Assembly (NCBI GenBank): GCA_963817895.1
Contig: CAWFQB010000006.1
Location: 144,708-208,707 of the forward strand
Origin: an uncultured Chthonomonadaceae bacterium
Lineage (GTDB): Bacteria > Armatimonadota > Chthonomonadetes > Chthonomonadales > Chthonomonadaceae
Direction of reading: 5' to 3'
Length of the DNA stretch: 64,000 nt
In this document: positions 38,513 through 46,634 of the stretch, in pieces
Layout of the letters: every line of letters begins with the position of its first letter
How positions within the stretch are numbered: position 1 is the first letter of the stretch
The notes under the pieces: generated by a model
What the model saw: only the letters and a program-made list of their open reading frames with translations
Told to the model about the DNA's origin: nothing
The model's database searches: none
Program-made: the position numbers and the translations under genes

Positions 38513-39018
38513 CCCGGCATCGCCCCTTTTTTCAAGGTCTCGATGGTGGCTTGCTTCTGAGCAACCTCCTCGGCCTTTTGCTTATGTTTGAGACTGCGGC
38601 TGGTACGCTTGTAGCGCAAATCCGCCCGTTTAAGATGGACGCGCACCCAGTCGGCGCTTAAATGCACCTGATGTTCTTGCGCCAGCCAGTCGGCCAATTG
38701 TCCCGCAGTCCAGGTGCGCTCCCCTTTGCCGACTTCGGCAACCAGAGCGTCACGCAACTCAGGCGTCAACACCGAGGTTTTGCCGCCGCGCGGTTTGTTG
38801 CGCAGGGCCTCAAAGCCGCCGTCGAGGTAGGCTTTGATCCAAAAGCGTACCGTTTGTTCATGCTGGCGCAGGTGACGCGCAATCTTAGGGATGCTCCAAC
38901 CGGCATCCGACAGGCGGATCATCTCTAAACGGTCGCGCGTACTGGCCTCCACATGGGCTTGGTGGGCGCGGCGGTCAAGTTCAACATGTTGTTCAGCGGT
39001 CAGAGTAACACGGTACAT
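38509..39018 (-). CDS. IS630-family transposase, N-terminal HTH part
   Basis: 169 aa with winged-helix/HTH blocks (IPKIARHL..HEQTVRFWIKAY..GG.EAL). It ends ..TLKKGAMPG at the A6 run; the -1 frame continues into the DDE ORF. Confidence 0.8.
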   Translation of the reverse strand: MYRVTLTAEQHVELDRRAHQAHVEASTRDRLEMIRLSDAGWSIPKIARHLRQHEQTVRFWIKAYLDGGFEALRNKPRGGKTSVLTPELRDALVAEVGKGERTWTAGQLADWLAQEHQVHLSADWVRVHLKRADLRYKRTSRSLKHKQKAEEVAQKQATIETLKKGAMPG

Positions 39019-39090
39019 AGGTGGCTTCTATCCTCCACCTCTTTCTACGAACTTTGACCCACGATTTACTTAGCGCAACAGGTGGTGAAT

Positions 39091-41658
39091 TTACTCCCAA
39101 GTGATGAGCGGCAGTTCGATGGGCATCAGGGCGTCGGGGTGGGTGGGCAGGACGCGCACCGAAAAGCCCTGCATCCCGCTGTTGGTGGTCGGCAGGTCGC
39201 CCTCATACACGTTGCGCCCGTCCTGAACGCCCGTGCGCTCTAAGGGTACGGCAGTTCCTGTCGTAATCTGGTGGTTGAAGTCGAGCGGGCCGTAGTACGC
39301 CTGCACGAGAATGTCCTGCGGCAGCAGTTCGCCCAACTGCACGGACGCTTTGACATGCACGGACTGACCGGCGGCGATGGTATCCTCCGCCGATTTCTGC
39401 GATTCCACGTTGTCAATGTGGAGTTGGCTCCATTTGTCGCGAATCCGGTTTTTCCAGTCTACCAGTTCCTTCGCCGAACCCAAACTGTCGGTTGTCAGGC
39501 GCTCGAAACGTTCGGTAGCCGGGAAGTAGTATTTAGTGGCGTATTCGGCGATCATGCGGTGCGTGTTGAAGACGGGACACAGCAGGCGCATGGAGTTTTT
39601 CACCCGCGACATCCAGCCGCGCGGCAGGCTTTCGCCTGCGCGGTCGTAGAACAGGGGGACAACCTCTTTTTCCAGAATGTCGTACAGTACATGGGCTTCC
39701 ACGCGATCCTGCTCATCCGGGTCGGCGTAGGCCTCGCCCTTGCCGATGTGCCAGCCCACGCCCTTTTCGTCCACTTCCGCCCACCAGCCATCGGGAATAG
39801 ACAGGTTCAGGCCGCCGTTGGCAAGCACTTTCATGCCGCTTGTGCCGCTGGCCTCCATCGGGCGGCGCGGCGTGTTGAGCCACACGTCCACGCCCTGCAC
39901 CATCTGGCGGGCAAGCGCAAGATCGTAATCTTCCAGAAACACGATGCGGTTACGCGCGTCGGCATTGCGGGCAAACTGTACGATTTCCTGAATCAAGTGC
40001 TTGCCGCCGTCGTCTTTGGGGTGCGCCTTGCCCGCCATAATAAGCTGTACGGGGCGATTGGCGTCGTTCAGGATGCGTATCAGCCGTTCCGGGTCGGACA
40101 GCAGCAGGGTCGCGCGTTTGTAGGTGGCGAAGCGGCGGGCAAAGCCGATGGTGAGCGCGTCGGGGTGGAGAACCTCGCGTACCCGGCGAATCTCGTACTC
40201 GCTCATGCCCCGCTGCTCGTACTGCTGTTTCAGACGTTCGCGCGCGAACTGCACCAGTTTCTCGCGCCGCCGCTGCTTCACGCGCCACAAATCCTCGTCG
40301 GGGATACTGCTGATTTTGTCCCACACGCCGCCGCCGCTCACGTCCTGCGACCAGCGCCCTCCTAAATACTGATCCAGCACATTCGCCATTTCGCGGGAGG
40401 TAAACGAGCGGGCATGGATACCATTGGTGACGCTGCCGACCGGAACCTCCTCTTCGGGGAACTGCGGAAAGCCGACCTGCACCATGTGTCGGGTTACTTT
40501 GCCGTGCAACTTGCTGACGCCGTTGACCTGATGCGAATGACTGAGCGCCATAATCGCCATGTTGAACTTTTCGCCGGGATTGTACTGGTGGTAGCGACCC
40601 AGGTTCAAGAACTCATCAAAAGAGATACCCAGTTGCCCGATATACGCGCCGAAATAGCGGCCCAGCAGTTCCGGTGGGAACATGTCAATGCCGGCGGGTA
40701 CGGGCGTGTGCGTGGTAAACAGATTGCCGGCAGCCGTCGCTTCGCGGGCATGCCAGTAGTCACAGCCGTTCTCCTGCATCAACATGCGCGTCCGCTCGAA
40801 GGCCATAAACGCGGAATGGCCCTCGTTCATGTGGCAGATGGTGGGCTTGATGCCTAGGGCGACAAGGGCGCGCATCCCGCCGATTCCCAGAATCATCTCC
40901 TGCTTCACGCGCATTTCGGTATCGCCGCCGTAAAGCTGATCGGTGATGTTCTGGTCTTCGAAGTTGTTGTCGGCGATGTTGGTGTCGAGCAGGTACAGCG
41001 GGATGCGCCCGACCTGCACCTTCCAAATCTGCGCGTACACGTTGCGCCCCGGAAATTCCACGCAGATGCGCAGGGGCTTGCCGTTCGCGTCCAGTTCCGG
41101 CAGCATCGGCATGTTGTAAAAGTCGTTGGTGGGGTAGCGTTCCTGCTGCCAGCCTTCGGCGTTGAGAAACTGCCGGAAATAGCCCTGCTGATACAGCAAT
41201 CCGATACCCACAAGCGGCAATCCCAAATCACTGGAAGATTTCAGATGATCCCCGGAAAGCACGCCAAGTCCGCCCGAATACACCGGCAAACACTCGGTCA
41301 GCCCAAATTCCATAGAAAAGTACGCGATTTTCGTTTCGGGCGGAACCTTGTCTTTCCAGTTGCGCTGAAACCACGTATTCTGCGCTTTCAGATAGTTTTC
41401 AAGGCCATAGCGGACACGGTCCAGTTCCGCAAGAAAACCGTCGTCCTGCGCGATTTCTTTGAGGCGATCCTGCGAGATCGTTCCCAACATGCGGACAGGA
41501 TTATGCCCGCTGGTTTCCCAAAGATCGCGGTCCAGTCGCCGGAACAGTTCGATGGCCTCATGGTTCCAGGCCCATTGGATATTGAACGCGAGTTCGCGCA
41601 GGCGGTCGAGCGAGTCGGGCAGGGCAGGCACGACGTGAAAAGCATGAACGGTAGGCAT
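39091..41658 (-). CDS. glgP: Alpha-glucan phosphorylase (GT35, GlgP family with DUF3417 N-terminus)
   Basis: 855-aa intact ORF. LAFNIQWAWNHEAIELF, YFSMEFG, GGLGVLSGDHLKS and EASGTSGMK (pyridoxal-phosphate Lys context). Confidence 0.9.
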   Translation of the reverse strand: MPTVHAFHVVPALPDSLDRLRELAFNIQWAWNHEAIELFRRLDRDLWETSGHNPVRMLGTISQDRLKEIAQDDGFLAELDRVRYGLENYLKAQNTWFQRNWKDKVPPETKIAYFSMEFGLTECLPVYSGGLGVLSGDHLKSSSDLGLPLVGIGLLYQQGYFRQFLNAEGWQQERYPTNDFYNMPMLPELDANGKPLRICVEFPGRNVYAQIWKVQVGRIPLYLLDTNIADNNFEDQNITDQLYGGDTEMRVKQEMILGIGGMRALVALGIKPTICHMNEGHSAFMAFERTRMLMQENGCDYWHAREATAAGNLFTTHTPVPAGIDMFPPELLGRYFGAYIGQLGISFDEFLNLGRYHQYNPGEKFNMAIMALSHSHQVNGVSKLHGKVTRHMVQVGFPQFPEEEVPVGSVTNGIHARSFTSREMANVLDQYLGGRWSQDVSGGGVWDKISSIPDEDLWRVKQRRREKLVQFARERLKQQYEQRGMSEYEIRRVREVLHPDALTIGFARRFATYKRATLLLSDPERLIRILNDANRPVQLIMAGKAHPKDDGGKHLIQEIVQFARNADARNRIVFLEDYDLALARQMVQGVDVWLNTPRRPMEASGTSGMKVLANGGLNLSIPDGWWAEVDEKGVGWHIGKGEAYADPDEQDRVEAHVLYDILEKEVVPLFYDRAGESLPRGWMSRVKNSMRLLCPVFNTHRMIAEYATKYYFPATERFERLTTDSLGSAKELVDWKNRIRDKWSQLHIDNVESQKSAEDTIAAGQSVHVKASVQLGELLPQDILVQAYYGPLDFNHQITTGTAVPLERTGVQDGRNVYEGDLPTTNSGMQGFSVRVLPTHPDALMPIELPLITWE

Positions 41659-41672
41659 GTAAATTCCTCAAA

Positions 41673-41700
41673 GGATGAAGGATGAAGGATGAAGGATGAA
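41673..41700. repeat. Heptamer tandem repeat (GGATGAA)4
   Basis: Read directly, 15 nt upstream of the glgP ATG (on the opposite strand). It differs by one nt per unit from the (GGGATGA)n repeats at 4202 and 17782. Confidence 0.9.
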
Positions 41701-41882
41701 GACAAGGCCCATCCTGTTTCCTCTCTTCCCTGTATTATTGGCAGCAAGCGGGTAAATCTTGTTACAGGCGGCAGTGGATTGCGTCGTATCTGCCACGCTG
41801 TTGTTATACGAACGAGGGGACTCAAGGTTCGCGCCTGCAAGTAACAAGGTTGGTGGCGGCTCTCGCAAGGAGTGTGCAAAAT

Positions 41883-42100
41883 GGGGGCTTGTACCCTCAA
41901 CCCCGGCCCTTCTCCCTGATTCCCTCTCTTCGTTCGGAGGGAGAAGGGAGCCAAGTCGCAAGCTGAGTGCGTTGATTACAAAGTTTTTATTCCCGTTCAT
42001 ACCGTGTTCAATAGATAAACCCACCACATTCGCTCCCTTCTCCCTGTCCGCGCAGCGGACAAATCAGGGAGAAGGGCCGGGGTTGAGGGTACAAGCCCCC
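41883..42100. repeat. Nested palindrome: 38-bp perfect inverted repeat with 142-nt loop containing a second inverted repeat
   Basis: GGGGGCTTGTACCCTCAACCCCGGCCCTTCTCCCTGAT (41883-41920) and its exact reverse complement (42063-42100). Inner pair GGAGGGAGAAGGGAGC / GCTCCCTTCTCCCTGTCC. The arms contain the CCCTCAACCCC..CCTTCTCCC REP motif. Confidence 0.9.
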
Positions 42101-42411
42101 GGCGTGGCGCAATGCTATCGAATTGGCTCCTCTTCCTCCATGCTCTACAATCGCTAACCGACAGAAAAAGAACGAACTCAACTTTAGACTAAACAATTGC
42201 ACGGCTCAATAAGGCATACAGCGAAACGGCGGCTGAACTTTCGTCCGTCGCCGTGCTGTGTTCCTATGCAAAAACTTCGTCAATAGATGATCCGACAAAT
42301 AATTTGTCTACGCGATTTACAGTGGCGAGGGAACATTTCGAACCACTATGGGTAGCGTTTTTTGACATATCCCCGTTATTTGTCGGATTATCTAATATGT
42401 AAAACGAAGAC

Positions 42412-42639
42412 TCAACCGGCCTGTTTGTGGACGTTCTGTTGGGCGATCTGCACCAGCAGACGTAAGGCTTGGTTGACCGCTTCCGTCGTGAGAAACGCCT
42501 GCGCGACATCCTCATCCAAAACAACAATGTTGCTGCTTGCTTTATATCGCGCCACATACTTGCCGTGCGCCCCGTTGGAAAAGTCGTACTCCGGCAACAT
42601 TTCTGCTTCCTCTATTTCTAATTCAGGTTCCTTGTTCAT
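42412..42639 (-). CDS. Small antitoxin-like protein (EYDFS..G.YA.RY...N.V.LD.DVA..F family)
   Basis: ORF 42412..42741, ATG at 42639. MLPEYDFSNGAHGKYVARYKASSNIVVLDEDVAQAFLTTEAVNQALRLLV resembles small type II antitoxin-like proteins. No partner toxin ORF is evident. Confidence 0.5.
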   Translation of the reverse strand: MNKEPELEIEEAEMLPEYDFSNGAHGKYVARYKASSNIVVLDEDVAQAFLTTEAVNQALRLLVQIAQQNVHKQAG

Positions 42640-42767
42640 ATTATCAACGCCACCAGCATCTTGAGCGTTTCGGTTCGTAAGTGCGCCATGTCCTGCTGAA
42701 CGCAAGCCAGCAGTTATCAACAGGAACTCGCCGGTTGCCATTGAATGCGCTATGCCATGAGCACACT

Positions 42768-42874
42768 GGGTTGAAACCCTATGCTAGAAAGTACGATTGT
42801 CCTACGGACACAATTTTCCTTTCAAGAATATCGTGTCCGTAGGACACTCGTTTTGTAGCGCAGGGTTTCAACCC
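42768..42874. repeat. Multi-hairpin element, locus 3
   Basis: Outer GGGTTGAAACCCT (42768-80) / AGGGTTTCAACCC (42862-74). Inside are TGTCC-tacg-GGACA (42798-810) and GTGTCC-gtag-GGACAC (42833-47). Confidence 0.85.
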
Positions 42875-42962
42875 GGCGTATTCATGCAAGCAACTGCTCG
42901 TCTGCTGGGCTAGTTAGCATGCCGTCTTGTGTGGATAACCAGAAAGTTTTCCATTATGCTCA

Positions 42963-43613
42963 TCAAACCTGACTAACGCAACCAGCCCCTAATGCGCTTG
43001 CGGCGACTACCGATGTAGTTTGAATCAGAATTGAACGATTTTGCAATATGCAGGCATCTAATGCCATGCACAATTGCGGCGACACGGCAGTATTGATAAT
43101 GTTGTGAAAGCCAGCCTCATCAATGTTTATGAGCAGAAAGGCTAAAAGCGATACAACGCCAGAACGCTTCCCGGGCGTCAACTCATAAGGCATATTCCGA
43201 AATGTTGTACGCCAAATATTGTCAAGTGCGTTTGTATCACACCAACTTTGTGTCCCAAGATAACCTATGATGCCGTCTAACCCTTCATTGACCTGCTTCT
43301 CGCTGAGATGCTGCTCCATTCCTTTAATCATAAGACAGGCAATATAACTGGCATAAGCCATACGGACGATAGACTGCTCTTTTGCCTTATACTGACAGCA
43401 GTATTCTTCAAAGACGGGTGCTTCAATAACCCATCGCAGACTAGCAATGAGGTGAGCATGAAATTGAGTGCCATGCTTCAATTTTACATATTCCTCGGCC
43501 TCTTGCAAATACTGTGCAACTTGCTCCTTATTTGTCTGCTTAGACGGCTCTTGTTTTTTCTTACGCCCAAAGATTTTTGTAAACACGGCATCATCACCTT
43601 TTTCCATATACAC
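42963..43613 (-). CDS. Hypothetical protein (AT-richer region)
   Basis: 216-aa ORF with protein-like composition. No family recognised. Confidence 0.5.
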   Translation of the reverse strand: MYMEKGDDAVFTKIFGRKKKQEPSKQTNKEQVAQYLQEAEEYVKLKHGTQFHAHLIASLRWVIEAPVFEEYCCQYKAKEQSIVRMAYASYIACLMIKGMEQHLSEKQVNEGLDGIIGYLGTQSWCDTNALDNIWRTTFRNMPYELTPGKRSGVVSLLAFLLINIDEAGFHNIINTAVSPQLCMALDACILQNRSILIQTTSVVAASALGAGCVSQV

Positions 43614-43776
43614 TTTTAGATAGAGTTAAGGAACTATACTAGTATATCGAATGGGCATAGGTGTGTCAATACCTTTTCAAACATCTACGTACAGGCAGGA
43701 ATAAACCAATATTGGATAGGTGAGTGGGCATAATTGCAGGTTTGCTTATGGGTATTGAGGGCTATCTACCAAGCCC

Positions 43777-44001
43777 TCATTTGTCAAAGTGCTTGCGGAA
43801 CAAGCGCTCACACTCTTGCTCGCCTGCTTCCGTCAGTAGAACCTATTTGTTTTTGTTGTGCGGGTCGGCAATAAGGTTCTTCTCATGCAGGCGGTCGAGC
43901 GCGTCCCAATCGTGGCTTTTCCATGCGCGGCCATTGGCATCAAGCGTCAGGTACAGCAGAGCCAGAACCATTTCGTCTACTTTGTCTTTGTCGTATTCCA
44001 T
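43777..44001 (-). pseudogene. Small conserved protein (DUF6429-like) with an in-frame TAG
   Basis: Not on the ORF track (below 60 aa). ATG at 44001: MEYDKDKVDEMVLALLYLTLDANGRAWKSHDWDALDRLHEKNLIADPHNKNK, TAG (43843-45), then VLLTEAGEQECERLFRKHFDK, TGA (43777-79). The pattern WK..DWD.L.RLHEK..I..P..K.K(S)V.LTE.G matches a family I recall as DUF6429. Confidence 0.5.
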
Positions 44002-44029
44002 GCGCTTTCTCCTGTTGGAGAGTGTGAGG

Positions 44030-45028
44030 TTATCGTCCGGCTCCGGCGATGGTGGGGGCAGTAGGACTGAACAGGGTGTGCAGGAGGGGCATGTCTACGA
44101 ACAGGCAGACGACGGCTACGACGCAGCAGGTCAGGACGGCGAACATCAGGCCGCGTTCGCGGTACAGGCTTTCGGGGTTTTGCGCCGCGCTGTTGGGCTT
44201 GAAGGCGAGGGACAGGTAGACCGACATCACGAGCGCGATAAAGGGGAAGGCGGCGATCAGTTCCAGACGGTAGCGCATGATGAACGCGCCTAAAAACAGC
44301 ATGGCGGACGAGCCGTAGAACACGATGCTGACCAACAATCTATCCAGCGTATAATACCGGAACGAGCGGCGATACGAGGCGGCGAGTTCGGGGGAACCGA
44401 GTTCGCGAAATTCGGCGTACCGCTTGATTGCCATAAAATAGCAGCCGATCATCCAGTAACTGAGCAGCAGGGACGCGGGCGCGACGGACGCGGTTCCCGC
44501 TATGAACCAGCCCGCCAGCATCCGTATCGGGTTGTTCACGGCCTCGGAAAGCACGTCCACATACGGCAAATCCTTGCTGCGAACGGGCGGTATGTTGTAC
44601 ACGCAGCCCATCACCCACAGCGCCAGCAGCGTCAGGGCAAACGGTAGGGAGATAAGCCGGCCCAATCCCACGCCCACCCCCATGAGCAGCAGCCATTGCG
44701 CATACGCCCAACCCACGCTCACTTCGCCGCTCGGAACGGGGCGGGCGCATTTGATGGGATGCAGGCGGTCGAACGGCGCGTCCAGAACCTCGTTCAGCGT
44801 GTAATTGCTGGACGCGACAAGCCCGATTGCCAGCAGGCCAAGCACAACACGTCCGCCTAAATTCGGGGCAACATGCGCCCGGTCAATGCCGATGGCGGCA
44901 ATCACGCCCGGAAACACGAACACGTTTTTGACCCAGTGATCCAGACGGGCGATACGAATATGCCCGCGCAAAGAGGGGTTTGCTTTGGGTTTTATCGAAG
45001 TATTAGCGCCAGCGTCTAGTTCGTTCAT
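44030..45028 (-). CDS. UbiA-family prenyltransferase (decaprenyl-phosphate phosphoribosyltransferase-like)
   Basis: ORF 44030..45067. ATG at 45028 is preferred because the upstream codons lie in a hairpin arm. RLDHWVKNVFVF and SSNYTLNEVLDAPFDRLHP.K..RP..SG blocks, multi-TM. Confidence 0.75.
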   Translation of the reverse strand: MNELDAGANTSIKPKANPSLRGHIRIARLDHWVKNVFVFPGVIAAIGIDRAHVAPNLGGRVVLGLLAIGLVASSNYTLNEVLDAPFDRLHPIKCARPVPSGEVSVGWAYAQWLLLMGVGVGLGRLISLPFALTLLALWVMGCVYNIPPVRSKDLPYVDVLSEAVNNPIRMLAGWFIAGTASVAPASLLLSYWMIGCYFMAIKRYAEFRELGSPELAASYRRSFRYYTLDRLLVSIVFYGSSAMLFLGAFIMRYRLELIAAFPFIALVMSVYLSLAFKPNSAAQNPESLYRERGLMFAVLTCCVVAVVCLFVDMPLLHTLFSPTAPTIAGAGR

Positions 45029-45050
45029 AGCATATGTCTCTTTTTGTCTT

Positions 45051-45200
45051 GAACCATGATCAGGCATGATTTAGATGATTACCATGATGAGGCTTTCCAA
45101 AGTCGTGGTCTTTATTCAAGCGCCTCAATGCTAGATCAATGCAGTAGAAACGCGCCTACTCAATCATGTTAATCATCTAAATCATGCCTGATCATGGTTC
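45051..45200. repeat. 31-bp perfect inverted repeat (long hairpin) between two co-directional genes
   Basis: GAACCATGATCAGGCATGATTTAGATGATTA (45051-81) and its exact reverse complement (45170-45200), with an 88-nt loop. The right arm contains the last 6 codons and the TGA (45182-84) of the glycosyltransferase gene. Confidence 0.9.
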
Positions 45201-46513
45201 AAGACGGGGTGTAGCAGTCCATCCAATCCGAAAGCCGCCAGAACAACTAAACAGGGCAGAATGGGAACGGAGTAGCGTCCCAGAGCGAGCAGGGCGGCGA
45301 GCAAAACGTTGAGATACGCTATCGGCAATACGAGCGGCCAAACAATCTTCTGTTCGCGCTGCGCCCGTTTCCAGCCCACAAATGCCAATATGCCGTAACC
45401 TAATGCCAGCAGACCGGTCACGAGCGAATTAGCGCGGCTTGTCATCTGATACCAGAAGGTGAACAGGCCGACAACGAATTTACGCGCCAGCCCTGCCGGG
45501 TTGGTGAGCAGGCTTGTTTTCGCGGCCTGCGTCAGAATGTGATCGGATTCGATGTCGTTGCGTTCCCATACGGTATTTTGCGCGAGGCACAGGGAACGGA
45601 AATAGGCGTTGCACTCGTTTTCCGCGTCCGTGTAGGGCGGCAGGCGCAGGGTGGCGTAGGGGAGTTTGGAAAAAATCAGGCCGCGCAAATAGGCGTCGCC
45701 CAACCCCGTTGTTACCAGCACCCAATGCCTGGATACACGGTGATTGCGAACCGTCCAGGGCAATACAACCGCGCCCATTCCTACAAACAGGCAGGCGAGA
45801 ACTTGCCAGCGGGAGGAAGCGTTCTTCGATCCCGCAGGGGAAGCGGACGGGGATTTGACGGGGTTGTCAGGGGTGGATGTATTCATTGCCGCAGATTTGC
45901 GCCCGATGGTCAGCCACGCGATGGCAAACACAAGCGGATACAGCACGAACACGGCTTTGGCAAGGGCGGCAAGCCCGCAGGCAAGCCCGATGGCGGCGGC
46001 GCGTCCCATTGTCGGACGCTGCAAAAATCGGACGGTACACCAGACCGTCAGCGTCCACAGAAACGTGAGCAGTATTTCGACGTGGAAATCGGGGACGTAG
46101 CGCAGCAGGGCGGGGTGAAGAGAGCAGCAGATTCCCGCAATCATTCCGGCGCGGGGATTGAACAGGCGTCGTCCCATATCAACCGCCAGCAGGCTGATTC
46201 CGGCGAATAGGACGCATTGCGCCAACTGTAGCGCAAAGGCGCGTTCCCCGAAAACCGAGTAGACCAGCGCAATGAACAGGGGATACAGCGGCCCACGCCG
46301 ATTGAGAACAGAACCATACGCCTGAAAGCCCTCACCATGCAGCACACTGCGCCCCATCGCTTCATAAGCATACGGGTCGGGGCGCGTATCTACAAAATGC
46401 TGCGCCCGCCAGCCAATTAGGGTCCATACCAGGCCGATAAAGAGGCTCAAAGCGGCAATGCCGAGCGGTGTCAAGTTGCGGGGTATGGAATTGAAAAATG
46501 ATTTCTTCGTCAT
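45182..46513 (-). CDS. Polytopic membrane glycosyltransferase (ArnT/PMT-like, GT39/GT83)
   Basis: 443-aa ORF with about 10 hydrophobic helices. N-terminal loop D.RPDPYAYE..G.S...G.GF and general ArnT-like topology. Adjacent to the UbiA-type lipid-carrier gene. Confidence 0.65.
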   Translation of the reverse strand: MTKKSFFNSIPRNLTPLGIAALSLFIGLVWTLIGWRAQHFVDTRPDPYAYEAMGRSVLHGEGFQAYGSVLNRRGPLYPLFIALVYSVFGERAFALQLAQCVLFAGISLLAVDMGRRLFNPRAGMIAGICCSLHPALLRYVPDFHVEILLTFLWTLTVWCTVRFLQRPTMGRAAAIGLACGLAALAKAVFVLYPLVFAIAWLTIGRKSAAMNTSTPDNPVKSPSASPAGSKNASSRWQVLACLFVGMGAVVLPWTVRNHRVSRHWVLVTTGLGDAYLRGLIFSKLPYATLRLPPYTDAENECNAYFRSLCLAQNTVWERNDIESDHILTQAAKTSLLTNPAGLARKFVVGLFTFWYQMTSRANSLVTGLLALGYGILAFVGWKRAQREQKIVWPLVLPIAYLNVLLAALLALGRYSVPILPCLVVLAAFGLDGLLHPVLNHDQA

Positions 46514-46634
46514 TTCAGGCTGAATTTAGAAGCGCGAACTTACGCGAGAGGTGTCCGCGCAGGCGGACGTTGGGCGAAACGCCCTCCAGCAAAGAAATTC
46601 ATTTCGTTGCCGCTCGTTGCCACAATGTTACGCG

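Larger units (their letters stand above)
37747..39092 (-). mobile_element. IS630-family insertion sequence (~1.35 kb)
   Basis: Perfect 22-bp terminal inverted repeats: AAATTCACCACCTGTTGCGCTA (37747-37768) and its reverse complement (39071-39092). Two overlapping transposase ORFs join at an A6 run (38527-38532 on the plus strand). Confidence 0.85.
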
